From the NCBI RefSeq assembly GCF_009914755.1, contig NC_060947.1: a stretch of 64,000 nt of DNA; one strand, 5' to 3'. The translations under genes were made by a program, and so were the position numbers. The notes under the pieces were generated by a model. It was given only the letters and a program-made list of their open reading frames with translations. It did not search any database and was not told the origin of the DNA. This document shows, piece after piece, positions 1 through 12,353 of the stretch; the first letter of the stretch is position 1, and each line of letters opens with the position of its first letter. This DNA comes from the human T2T-CHM13v2.0 reference genome, Homo sapiens.

Positions 1-111
1 ACAGACTATTTCTGTGATTCTGTTTTTTTTTCTTCCAGGAATCGTCCTTAAATTTGGCATAATTAATGTCAAAATTAATTAAGATCTGTGTCTGATATAT
101 TTTGGTTTACA
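1..111 (+). mobile_element. 3' end of an ERV1 (MER4-group) LTR, truncated by the window edge
   Basis: Ends ...ccttaaatttggcataatt...gatctgtgtctgatatattttggtttaca, resembling the MER4-type terminus (tttggtttaCA). Confidence 0.6.
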
Positions 112-185
112 TACTGAAATAATTTTGTAACCATTAAACAACTGTCCTCATTTTCTTTTCCAACTATGCTTAAAAACCTTTGGTA
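112..185 (-). mobile_element. L1MA 3'UTR piece (continues at 20501)
   Basis: Joining 185 to 20501 restores an antisense L1MA-type 3'UTR (...cctttggta|atcatcactgtatttactacctctatg...). Confidence 0.55.
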
Positions 186-1166
186 GATTCATCCTACAGA
201 ATGGGTGACTAGACACAGCCAGTTGGAACAGCTGCAACCAAGAGACTGAGATGACTTGTGCACTCCTTACAGATTTTCAAAGGAAAGGCACTTACAGTGG
301 ATGGACAAAAGACAGAAGCTGGACAGAAGTGGGAGAATGATGGGAACCCCATGGAAGGCTACCATGCACCAGGAATTATTTCTGCCTCCCAATGACTCCA
401 GGGAATGGGTGAGTTGAACTATCAATGAGCAAACTGCTCTTGCCATGGGCCTCTATAATCCCAACAAGAGGAGACTTCTCAACAATTAGGGACACTTGAG
501 CTAGCATGGGGAGCTGATTAGAGAACTGGTAGGGGAAGTCTGCCAGATAAAGGGGAGCCCAGAGGAATTGCTGCAGGAGCATTTGTAGTGAAGCATAGCC
601 AGAGAAGCTCATCTCTCTAGGCTCGACTTGATCCCATAGTAGACTTTAGCCCTAAAGGAAGTGTCAGACCTATTCTCTGCAAGGCAGTTTTACCTATCAA
701 ATGGGGCTGGTCCAACCTGAGCATTATTTATTTTACTGGTCTCTCCCAGGGTCCCAGCCTGGCAGTGCCTGTTTTTGGGCAGCCTTGAATGCCCTCGAGT
801 CCTGTATCACACCTCTTGTTATGGTGAACCATGTCTGAATGGCAGAGAACTGCACCAGGGCCACCCCTAAAGCCATGCAATAGCTGACCTGCTTCCTCAC
901 AACACTGCAGCTTCCTCGAGGCCCACGGCATCCCCTACATTGCTGTGTCAGTACATGTATGTGTGAGTGGGTTATGCCTTCTTTGCTCCACCATCATGCT
1001 TGTGTGTGTGCATCCTGCCCTGCCACTGTTGTGGTGGGAATGCACTCCACCCTCTCCCCTGCCAGACCATCATTGCAGTTGGAGTCTTGGTGAGCAAAAG
1101 GCCAGCCAGCCCCAGCCCTACCAATTCCCCATCCTTGTACCAAAACTGCTGCAGGAGTAAAACTAG

Positions 1167-1745
1167 TAATATAGGAGTTAAGAAGAAATAACTTAGGCTG
1201 ATAGCAAGGGCATCAGAGACATCAGTAAGTCTTTCTTTCTCATGAAAAACAGCCCCAAATTATTATCTAACAAAGAGCAGCCTGCAAGCTGGGAGCTTGC
1301 ATGGTGAACGCCAGCAGGAACTAAGGACTAGACATGTTCAAGATGGCGACTCCATCTTCCCTTCTCTGCCAACCACGTGTACAGCGAGAAGTAGACAAGA
1401 TTGTGACAATCAACTGGAAAACTCATTTTCCTAAGATTAGGGTGGGGTGACCAGCCTTCCCTGTGTGCTATGTAAACATCATACCTGATCAAACCAATCT
1501 GTGAGCCTTATGTAAATCAAACACCACCTCCTAAAACTGGACTATACAACCTGGTGCATTTGCTGCCTGCCTGTCCTTTCCAGTCAGAAACCCCTTCCTC
1601 TACAGAGGAAACTGTTTATCTTTCACTTCTCTTCTACATATTAAACCTCCACTCCTAAACTCTTTGTGTGTGTCCGTGTCCGAAATTTTTGTGGCATGTG
1701 AAAATGAACCTCAGTGTATAGACCCCAGACAATGTAGCCGCTTCA
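1167..1745 (+). mobile_element. Solo LTR, LTR9-like (ERV1/HUERS-P3)
   Basis: Starts taatataggagttaagaagaaataacttaggc and ends ccccagacaatgtagccgcttca. Perfect 4-bp TSD CTAG (1163-1166 / 1746-1749). Confidence 0.8.
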
Positions 1746-1863
1746 CTAGGCACAGAGAGACACTTACTCTCCCCAAGCCAGAGTAAACACTCTTGCCTAT
1801 GGCAAAGAAAACACACACACACAAATACACCTGCAACCATCAGTGCTTTATCCCCCTGATTTT

Positions 1864-4800
1864 TTTTTCTTTTTTATTTATATTATAGTTTAAGTTCTGG
1901 GATACATGTGCAGAACTTGGTGGTTTGTTACATAGGTATACACGTGCCATGGTGATTTGCTGCATCCATCAACCCATCATCTACATTAGATGTTTCTCCT
2001 AATGCTAGTTCCCCTAGTGCCGCACCCCCTGACAGGTCCCAGTGTGTGATGTTCTCCTCCCTGTGTCCATGTGTTCTTATTGTTCAACTGCCACTTATGA
2101 GTGAGAACATGTGGTGTTTGGTTTTCTGTTTTTGTGTTAGTTTACTGAGAATGATGGTTCCCAGCTTCATTCATGTCCTTGCAAAGTACATGAACTCATC
2201 CTGTTTTATAGCTGCATAGTATTCCATGGTATAAATGTGTCACATTTTCTTTATCCAGTCAATCATTGATGGGCATTTGGGTTGGTTCCAAGTCTTTGCT
2301 ATTGTGAACAGTGTTGCAATAAACATACGTGTGCATGTGTTTTTATAGCATAATAATTTATAATCCTTTGAGTATATACCCAGTAAGGGGATCGCTGGGT
2401 CAAATGGTATTTCTGGTTCTAGATCCTTACACTCCCATCAACAGTGTAAAAGTGATCCTATTTCCCCACATCCTCTCCAGCATCTGTTGTTTCCTGACTT
2501 TTTAATGATAGCCATTCTAACACGCAAGAGATGATATCTAATTGTGGTTTTGATTTGCATTTCTCTAACGACCAGTGATGATGAGCTTTTTTTATTTCTT
2601 GGCTGCATAAATGTCTTCTTTTGAGAAGTGTCTGTTCATATCCTTCACCCACTTTTTCATGGGGTTGTTTGTTTCTTCTTGTAAATTTTTTTAAGTTTCT
2701 GTTAGATTCTGGATATTAGCCCTTTGTCAGATGGATAAATAGCAAAAACTTTTTCCCATTCTGTAGATTGTTGTGCAAAAGCTCTTTAGCTTAATTACAT
2801 CCCATTTATCTATTTTGGCTTTTGTTGCCATTGCTTTAGGTGTTTTAGTCATGAAGTCTTTGGCCATGCCTATGTTCTGAATGGTATTGTTCTGACTGGG
2901 TTTTCTTCTAGAGTTTTAATGGTTTTAGGTATTACATTTAAGTCTTTAATCCATCTTGTGTTAATTTTTGTATAAGATGTAAAGAACGGGTCCAGTTTCA
3001 GTTTTCTGCATATGACTAGCCAGTTTTCCCAACACAATTTACTAAATAAGAAATCCTTTCCCCATTGCTTGTGTTTGCTAGGTTTGTCAAAGATCATTTG
3101 GTTGTAGATGTGTGGTGTTATTTTTGAGGCCTCTGTTCTGTTCCATTGGTCTATATATATGTTTTGGTACCAGTACCATGCTGTTTTGGATACTGTAGCC
3201 TTGTAGTATACTTTAAAGTCAGGTAGCATATGCCTCCAGCTTTGTTCTTTTGCTTAGGATTGTCTTGGCTATACAAGCTCTTTCTGGTTCCATATGAAAT
3301 TTAAAGTAGTTTGTTCCAGTTCAGGGAAGAAAGTCAATGGTAGCTTAAAGGGGATAGCATAGAATCTAAATTACTTTGAGCAGGATGACCATTTTCATGA
3401 TATTTATTCTTCCTGTCCATAAGTATGAAATGTTTTTCCATTTGTTTGTGTCCTCTCTTATTTTCTTGGGCAGTGGTTTGTAGTTCTCCTTAAAGAGGTC
3501 CTTCACATTTCTTGTAAGTTGTATTTCTAGGTATTTTATTCTCTTTATAGCAATTGTGAATAGCAGTTCACTCATGATTTGGCTCTCTCTTTGTCTCTTA
3601 TTGGTGTATAGGAAAGCTTGTGATTTTTGCACATTGATTTTGCATCCTGAGACTTTGCTGAAGTTCTTTATCAACTTAAGGAGATTTTGGGCTGAGACAA
3701 TGGGGTTTTCTAAATATACAATCATGTAATGTGCAAACAGAGATACTTTGACTTACTCTTTTCCTAGTTGAATACCTTTTTTTTTTTTGTCTTGCCTGAT
3801 TTCGCTGGTCAGAACTTTTAATACTATGTTGAGTTGGAGCGGTGAGAGAGGGTATACTTGTCTTGTGCTAGTTTTCAAAGGGAATGCTTCCAGATTTTGC
3901 CCATTCAGTGTGATATTGGCTGTGGGTTTGTCATAAATAGCTCTCATTGATATGAGATATGTTCCCTCAACACCTAGTTTATTGAGAGTTTCTAGCATGA
4001 GGTGGTGTTGAAGTTTATCAAAGGCCTTTTCTGCATCTATTGAGGTAATTGTGGTTTCTGTCATCAGTTCTGTTTATGTGATGGATTATGTTTATTGATT
4101 TGCATATATTGAACCAGCGTTGCATCCCAGGGATGAAGCCGACTTGGTCATGCTGAATAAGCTTTATGATGTGCTACTGAATTTGGTTTGCCAGTATTTT
4201 ATTGAGTATTTTTGCATCAATGTTCATCAGCGATATTGGCCTGAAATTTTTTTGTTGCCATTGTGTCTCTGCCAGGTTTTGGTATCAGGATGATGCAGGC
4301 TTCATAAAATGAGTTAGGGAGGAGTCCCTTTTTTTCTATTGTTTGGAATAGTTTCAGAAGTAATGGTACCAGCTCTTCTTTTTACCTCTGATAGAATTCA
4401 GCTATGTATCCCTCTGGTCCTGGGCTTGTTTTAGTTGTTAGGCTATTGATTACTGCCTCAATTTCAGAACTTGTTATTGGTCTATTCAGTGATTCAAATT
4501 CTTCCTGGTTTAGTCTTGGGAGGGTGTATGTGTCCAGAAATTTACCCATTTCTTCCAGATTTTCTGGTTTATTTGTGTAGAGGTGTTTATAGTAATTTCT
4601 GATGGTAGTTTGTATTTCTGTGGGATCAGTGGTGATATTATCTTTATAATTTTTTATTGTGTCTACTTGATTTTTCTCTCTTTTCTTCTTTGTTAGTCTG
4701 GCTATGGGTCTATCTATTCTGTTGATCTATTCATAAAACCATCTCCTGGATTAATTGACTTTTTAAGGATGTTTTTGTGCTTCTATTTCCTTGATTTCTG

Positions 4801-7800
4801 CTCTGATCTTAGTTATTTCTTGTCTTCTGCTAGCTTTTGAATTTGTTTGGGCTTGCTTCTCTAGTTCTTTGAATTGTGAAGTTAAAGTTTCAATTTTAAG
4901 TCTTTCCTGCTTTCTCCTGTGGGCATTGAGTGCTATAATTTTTTCTCTAAACACTGCATTAGCTGTGTTCCAGAGATTCTGGTACGTTGTGCCTTTCTTC
5001 TCATTGGTTTCAAAGAACTTACTTATTTCTACCTTAATTTCGTTATGTAGCCAGTAGTCATTCAGGAACAGGTTGTTCAGTTTCCATGTAGTTGTGTCGT
5101 TTTGAGTGAGTTTCTTAATCCTGAGCTCTAATTGATTGCACTGTGGTCTGAGAGAATATTTCTTATGATTTCAGTACTTTTGCTTTTGCTCGGGAGTGTT
5201 TTACTACTAATTATGTGCTCAATTGTCTAATAAGTGCAATGTGATGCTGAGAAGAACGTATACTTTGTTCATTTGGGGTGTAGAGCTCTGTAGGTACCGG
5301 TCAGGTCTGCTTGGTCCAGAGCTGAGTTCAAGTCCTGAATATCTTTGTTAATTTTCTGTCCCGTTGACCTGTCTAATATTAACAGTGGAGTTTTAATGTC
5401 TCCCAATATTATTGTGTGGAAGTCTAACTCTCTTTGTAGGTCTCCAAGAACCCTCTTTATAAATCTGGGTGCTCCTGTAATGGATATATATATATATATA
5501 TTTATATATATTTTTTTATATATATTTATCTACATATAAATATATAAATGTATATTTATATATATTTATATATATATTTATATATATTTATAAATATATA
5601 TATTTATATCTTTATATATCTTTATATATCTTTATATATTTATATATTTATATATTTATGTATCTTTATATATATTTACATGTATATTTATATATAGGTA
5701 AATACATTTACATGTATATTTATATATATATTTACCTATATATTTATATATGTATATATATTTACCTATATATTTATATATGTATATATATTTACCTATA
5801 TATTTATATATGTATATATATTTACCTATATATTTATATATGTAAATATATTTACCTATATATTTATATATGTAAATATATACATATATATATTTATATA
5901 TGTAAATATATACATATATATTTATATATGTAAATATATACATATATATATTTATATATGTAAATATATACATATATATTTATACATATATACACATATA
6001 TATGTATATATACACATATATACACATATATGTATATATACACATATTTATATATGTATATATACACATATTTATGTATGTATATATACACATATATATT
6101 TATATATGTATATATACACATATATATTTATATATGTATATATACACATATATATTTATATATGAATATATACACATATATACACATATTTATATATGTG
6201 TATACACACATATTTATATATGTGTATATACACATATTTATATATGTGTATATACACATATTTATATATGTGTATATACACATATTTATATATCTGTATA
6301 TACACATATTTATATATCTGTATATACACATATTTATATATGTGTATATACACATATTTATATATGTGTATATACACATATTTATATATGTGTATATACA
6401 CATATTTATATATGTGTATATACACATATTTATATATGTGTATATACACATATTTATATATGTGTATATACACATATTTATATATGTGTATATACACATA
6501 TATACACATATTTATATATGTGTATATACACATATATACTCATATTTATATATGTGTATATACACATATATACACATATTTATATATGTGTATATACACA
6601 TATTTATATATGTGTATATACACATATATACACATATTTATATATGTGTATATACACATATATACACATATTTATATATGTGTATATACACATATATACA
6701 CATATTTATATATGTGTATATACACATATATACACATATTTATATATGTGTATATACACATATATACACATATTTATATATGTGTATATACACATATATA
6801 CACATATTTATATATGTGTATATACACATATATACACATATATATTTATATATGTATATATACACATATATATTTAAATGTATATATATACATATATATT
6901 TATATGTATATGTACACATATATATTTATATATGTGTATATATACATATATATTTATATATGTGTATATATACATATATATTTATATATGTGTATATATA
7001 CATATATATTTATACATGTATATATACACATATATATTTATATGTGTATATATACATATATATTTATACATGTATATATACATATATTTATACATGTATA
7101 TATACATATATATTTATGTATGTATATATACATATATTTATATATGTATATATACATATATATTTATGTATGTATATATACATATATTTATATATGTATA
7201 TATACATATATATTTATGTATGTATATATACATATATTTATATATGTATATATACAGATATATGTATATTTACATATATTTATATGTATATATACATATA
7301 CATGTATATATACATATATTTATATGTATTTATACACATGTATATTTATATATGTATATATACACATATATTTATATATGTGTATATATACATGTATATT
7401 TATATATACACATATATATTTATATATGTGTATATATACATATATACGTATATATATTTATATTAATATATATTTATTTTTATATATATTTATATTAATA
7501 TATATTTATATATATTTATTTATATTTATAAATATATATATTATAAATGTTTATATATATATTTATATATAAATATATATATTTATATATAAACATATAT
7601 ATTTATATATATATATAAATATATATTTATATATAAATATATATATAAATATATATATTTATATATAAATATATATATAAATATATATATTTATATATAA
7701 ATATATATATAAATATATATATTTATATATAAATATATATATTTATATATAAATATATATATAAATATATATATTTATATATAAATATATATATAAATAT

Positions 7801-8777
7801 ATAAAAATTTATAAATACATACAAATAAATACATATAATATATTTATATATGTTTATATATATTTATACATGTTTATATATTTACATATGTTTATATATT
7901 TATATATTTTTATATATGTATTCACATATATTAATATATGTTTATATATTTTACATATTTTTATATTTATATATATTTTTATATATAAATGTATATTTAT
8001 ATAAATATGTATCTTTATATATTTATATATTTATATATATTTTATGTATAAGTATGTATAAATATATCTGTAAATATATATAAATATAGCTACAAATAAA
8101 TATTTATATATATAAATATATGTATATATGTATAAAATAGTTGTTAAATCTTATTCCATTGATCCTTTTACCATTATGTAATGCACTTCTTTGTCTTTTT
8201 TAACTTCATTAGTTTAAAATCTGTTTCATCAGAGACTATGATTGCAACCTCTGCATTTTTTTTTTTTGCTTTGCATTTGCTTGGTAAATATTCCTCCACC
8301 CCTTTATTTTGAGCTATGTGTGTCTTTACATGTGCGATGGTCTCCTGAATAGAGTACACTGATTGGTCTTGACTCTATCCAATTTGCCCCCCTGTGTCTT
8401 TTAATTGGGGCATTTATCTCTTTTACATTTAGATTATTATTGTTAAGTGTGAATTTCATCCTGTCATTATGACGGTAGCTGTTTATTCGGCCTTTAGTTG
8501 ATGCAGTTTCTGCATGGTGTTGATGGCCTTCAAAATTTGGGGTTTTTTTTGCAATTGCTGGTACCGGTTTTTTCTTTCCATGTTTAGTGCTTCTTTCGGG
8601 AGCTCTTCGAAGACAGGCTTACTGGTGACAAAATCTCTCAGCATTTGCTTTTCTGGGGAGGATTTTATTTCTCCTTTGCTTATGAAGCTTTGTTTGGATG
8701 GATAGAAAATTCTGGGTTGAAAATTCTTTTCTTTATGAATGTTGAATATTGGCCGCCACTCTCTTCTGGCTTGTAAG
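1864..8777 (-). mobile_element. 5'-truncated L1PA7-like element (end of ORF1, ORF2, 3'UTR) containing the TA array
   Basis: Poly-T tail at ~1861. ORF2 fragments at 2870-4954 (-), ORF1 C-terminus at 8483-8770. TSD CCCCCTGATTTT (1852-1863 / 8778-8789) with a TT/AAAA nick site on the minus strand. Confidence 0.9.
5484..8136. repeat. Complex TA-rich micro/minisatellite (~2.65 kb) with 30-, 24- and 34-bp unit domains
   Basis: 5 x TTTACCTATATATTTATATATGTA(T/A)ATATA at 5731-5880. ~13 x 24-bp ATATGTGTATATACACATAT-TTAT at ~6194-6500. ~10 x 34-bp variant to ~6840. Pure A/T TTTATATATAAA-type block at ~7560-7800. Confidence 0.97.
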
Positions 8778-9277
8778 CCCCCTGATTTTAACTCTATCAC
8801 CAACACATCCACATAAACAGTCACCAGCCGGAACCGTTGTCTCTCGGAACCCTGCTGCCTCTGCCAGTGTTGTAAGTGCTTGCACAATGGCAGGCACCTT
8901 GGCATCCACCAGCATCCTGTTTTACGTGATGAGCATGCACCCCACCACACTGCCACTGCCACTGCTGCTGGCATGTGCAAATGAGGACAGAACCTGATGC
9001 CATGGCATTACAAATCACTTTGACTGACACCACTCTTTAGATTGTAGTGACCAGTGGCCTCAGAGATCCTCAGCAGCCCTCACACAGTGAATTTCCAACC
9101 TTGAGAAGCCAGAAAACAAACTTGGGGCCCAATAGGAGACCCCAGAGTTAGAGCACACATTTCAGGAATTAGGAGCTAAGCGTTGCCTCCCTAAAATTTT
9201 CCAGAAATGAAGCCAATTAGCTGAATCAAACTTATACCACAATCAAACTTCCAAGGTCATTAAATAGAATAATTTTT

Positions 9278-11663
9278 ATTTTATTTTATTTTATTATTTT
9301 TTTAATCTAATGAAGTAGAAGAAAATTTCTTTTTTTAATTGTTATTATACTTTAAGTTTTAGGGTACATGTGCACAATGTGCAGGTTACTTACATATGTA
9401 TACATGTGCCATGCTTGTGTGCTGCACCCATTAACTCGTCATTTAGCATTAGGTATATCTCCTAATGCTATCTCTCCCCCCTCCCCCCACCCCACAACAG
9501 TCCCCAGAGTGTGATGTTCCCCTTCCTGTGTCCATGTGTTCTCATTGTTCAATTCCCACCTATGAGTGAGAACATGCGGTGTTTGGTTTTTTGTCCTGGG
9601 GATAGTTTACTGAGAATGATGATTTCCAATTTCATCCATGTCCCTACAAAGGACACGAACTCATCATTTTTTATGGCTGCAAAGTATTCCATGGTGTATA
9701 TGTGCCACATTTTCTTAATCCAGTCTGTCGTTATTGGACATTTGGGTTGGTTCCAAGTCTTTGCTATTGTGAATAGTGCCACAATAAACATACATGTGCA
9801 TGTGTCTTTACAGCAGCATGATTTTTAGTCCTTTGGGTATATACCCAGTAATGGGATGGCTGGGTCAAATGGTATTTCTAGTTCTAGATCCCTGAGGAAT
9901 CGCCACACTGACTTCCACAATGGTTGAACCAGTTTACAGTCCCACCAACAGTGTAAAAGTGTTCCTATTTCTCCACATCCCCTCCAGCACCGGTTGTTTC
10001 CTGACTTTTTAATGATCGCCATTCTAACTGGTGTGAGATGGTATCTCATTGTGGTTTTGATTTGCATTTCTCTGATGGCCAGTGATGGTGAACATTTTTT
10101 CCATGTGTTTTTTGGCTGCATAAATGTCTTCTTTTGAGAAGTGTGTGTTCATGTCCTTCGCCCACTTGTTGATGGAGTTGTTTGTTTTTTTCTTGTAAAT
10201 TTGTTTGAGTTCATTGTAGATTCTGGATATTAGCCCTTTGTCAGTTGATTAGGTTGCAAAAATTTTCTCCCATTCTGTAGGTGGCCTGTTCACTCTGATG
10301 GTAGTTTCTTTTGCTGTGCAGAAGCTCTTTAGTTTAATTAGATCCCATTTGTCTATTTTAGCTTCTGTTGCCATTGCTTTTGGTGTTTTAGTCATGAAGT
10401 CCTTGCCCATGCCTATGTCCTGAATGGTATTGCCTAGATTTTCTTCTAGGGTTTTTATGGCTTTAATTCTAACATTTAAGTCTTTAATCCATCTTGAATT
10501 AATTTTTGTATAAGGTGTAAGGAAGGGATCCAGTTTCAGCTTTCTACATATGGCTAGCCAGTTTTCCCAGCACCATTTATTAAATAGGGAATCCTTTCCC
10601 CATTTCTTGTTTTTGTCAGCTTTGTCAAAGATCAGATGGTCATAGATGTGTGGTATTATTTCTGAGGGCTCTGTTTTGTTCCATTGGTCTATATCTCTGT
10701 TTTGGCACCAGTACCATCCTGTTTTGGTTACTGTAGCCTTGTAGTAGAATTTGAAGTCAGGTAGTGTAATGCCTCCAGCTTTGTTCTTTTTGCTTATGAT
10801 TGTCTTGGCAATGCGGGCTCTTTTTTGGTTCCATATGAACTTTAAAGTAGTTTTTTCCAATTTCGTGCAAAAAAGTTATTGATATCTTGATGGGGATGGC
10901 ATTGAATCTATAAATTACCTTTGGCAGTATGGCCATTTTTGCGATATTGATTCTTCCTATCCATGAGCATGAAATGTTCTCCAATTTGTTTATGTCCTCT
11001 TTTATTTCATTGAGCAGTGGTTTTTAGTTCTTCTTGAAGAGGTCCTTCACGTCCCTTGTAAGTTGGATTCTTAGGTATTTTTTTCTCTTTGAAGCAATTG
11101 TGAATGGGAGTTCAGTCATGATTTGGCTCTCTGTTTGTCTGTTATTTGTGTATAAGAATGCTTGTGATTTTTGTACATTGATTTTGTATCCTGAGACTTT
11201 GTTGAAGTTGCTTATCAGCTTAAGGAGATTTTGGGCTTCATCCCTGGGATGCAAGGGTGGTTCAATATATGCAAATCAATAAATGTAATTTATCATATAA
11301 ACAGAACCAAAGACCAAAACCGCATGATTATCTCAATAGATGCAGAAAAGGCCTTTGACAAAATTCAACAACCCTTCATGCTAATAACTCTCAGTAAATT
11401 TGGTATTGATGGGACGTATCTCAAAATAATAAGAGCTATCTATGACAAACCCACAGCCAATATCATACTGAATGGGCAAAAACCAGAAGCATTCCCTTTG
11501 AAAACCTGCACAAGACAGGAATGCCCTGTCTCACCACTCCTATTCAACATAATGTTGGAAGTTCTGGCCAGGGCAATTAGGCAGGAGAAGGAAATAAAGG
11601 GTATTCATTTAGGAAAAGAGGAAGTCAAATTGTCCCTGTTTACAGATGACATGATTGTATATG
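9278..11663 (-). mobile_element. 5'-inverted (twin-primed) L1PA3-5-like insertion
   Basis: Minus-strand 3'UTR/ORF2 from ~9340 to 11237, then plus-strand ORF2 ([11 protein letters not shown]...LFTDDMIVY) at 11231-11668. TSD TAGAATAATTTTT (9265-9277 / 11664-11676). Confidence 0.92.
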
Positions 11664-11748
11664 TAGAATAATTTTTTTAAGTCCAAATGTAAGCAACTTC
11701 AAAGATGGAAGAAACATCACCCTACAAATAGAAGAAAGAAATAGTGCA

Positions 11749-12030
11749 GGCCGGGTGTGGTGCCTCGTGCCTGTAAATCTCAGCACTTTGGGAGGCTGAG
11801 GCTGGTGGATCAGTTGAGGTCAGGGATTTGAGACCCACCTGGCCAACATGATGAAATCCCTTCTCTGCTAAAAATACAAAAATTATACAGGCATCGTGAT
11901 GCATGCCTGTGATCTCAGATACTTGGGAGGCTGAGGCATGAGAATCGCTTGAACCCAGGAGGCAGAGTTTATAGTGAGCAGAGATTGTGCCACTGCACTC
12001 CAGGCAGCCTGGGTGACAGAGTGAGTCTGG
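11749..12030 (+). mobile_element. AluS (Sx/Sz-like)
   Basis: ggccgggtgtggtgcctc... dimeric Alu. Degenerate TSD aaagaaatagtgca / aaagaaagtgca. Confidence 0.9.
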
Positions 12031-12233
12031 AAAAAAAAAGAAAGAAAGAAAGAAAGAAAGAAAGAAGAAAAAGAAGAAAAAAGAAAGAAAGAAAAAGAGA
12101 GAAAGAGAGAGAGTAAAGAATGAAAGAAAGAAAGAAAGGAAAAGAGAAAGAGAGAGAGTAAAGAATGAAAGAAAGAAAGAAAGAAAGAAGAAAGAGAAAG
12201 AAAGAAAAGAAATAAATAAAAAAGAAAGAAAAA

Positions 12234-12266
<33 letters not shown>

Positions 12267-12268
12267 AA

Positions 12269-12320
<52 letters not shown>

Positions 12321-12353
12321 AAAAAGAAAGAAGAAAGAAAGAGAACGAAAGAA
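12031..12353 (+). repeat. (GAAA)n polypurine tract derived from the Alu tail (~320 bp)
   Basis: Almost purine-only GAAA/GA repeats, with an internal duplicated block gagagagtaaagaatgaaagaaag. Confidence 0.95.

Noticed and set aside
6194-6840. Regularly spaced palindromic repeats suggestive of a CRISPR array
   Set aside because: No unique spacers, no cas genes, and a primate L1 context. It is a tandem minisatellite.
5656-8083. Long Y/I/H/C-rich ORFs up to 478 aa on both strands
   Set aside because: Translations of the TA minisatellite. They are open in several frames only because the repeat units lack stop codons.
10249-11671. Reverse transcriptase-like ORFs as an active or novel RT system
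   Set aside because: Ordinary L1 ORF2 fragments that are truncated, inverted and frameshifted.
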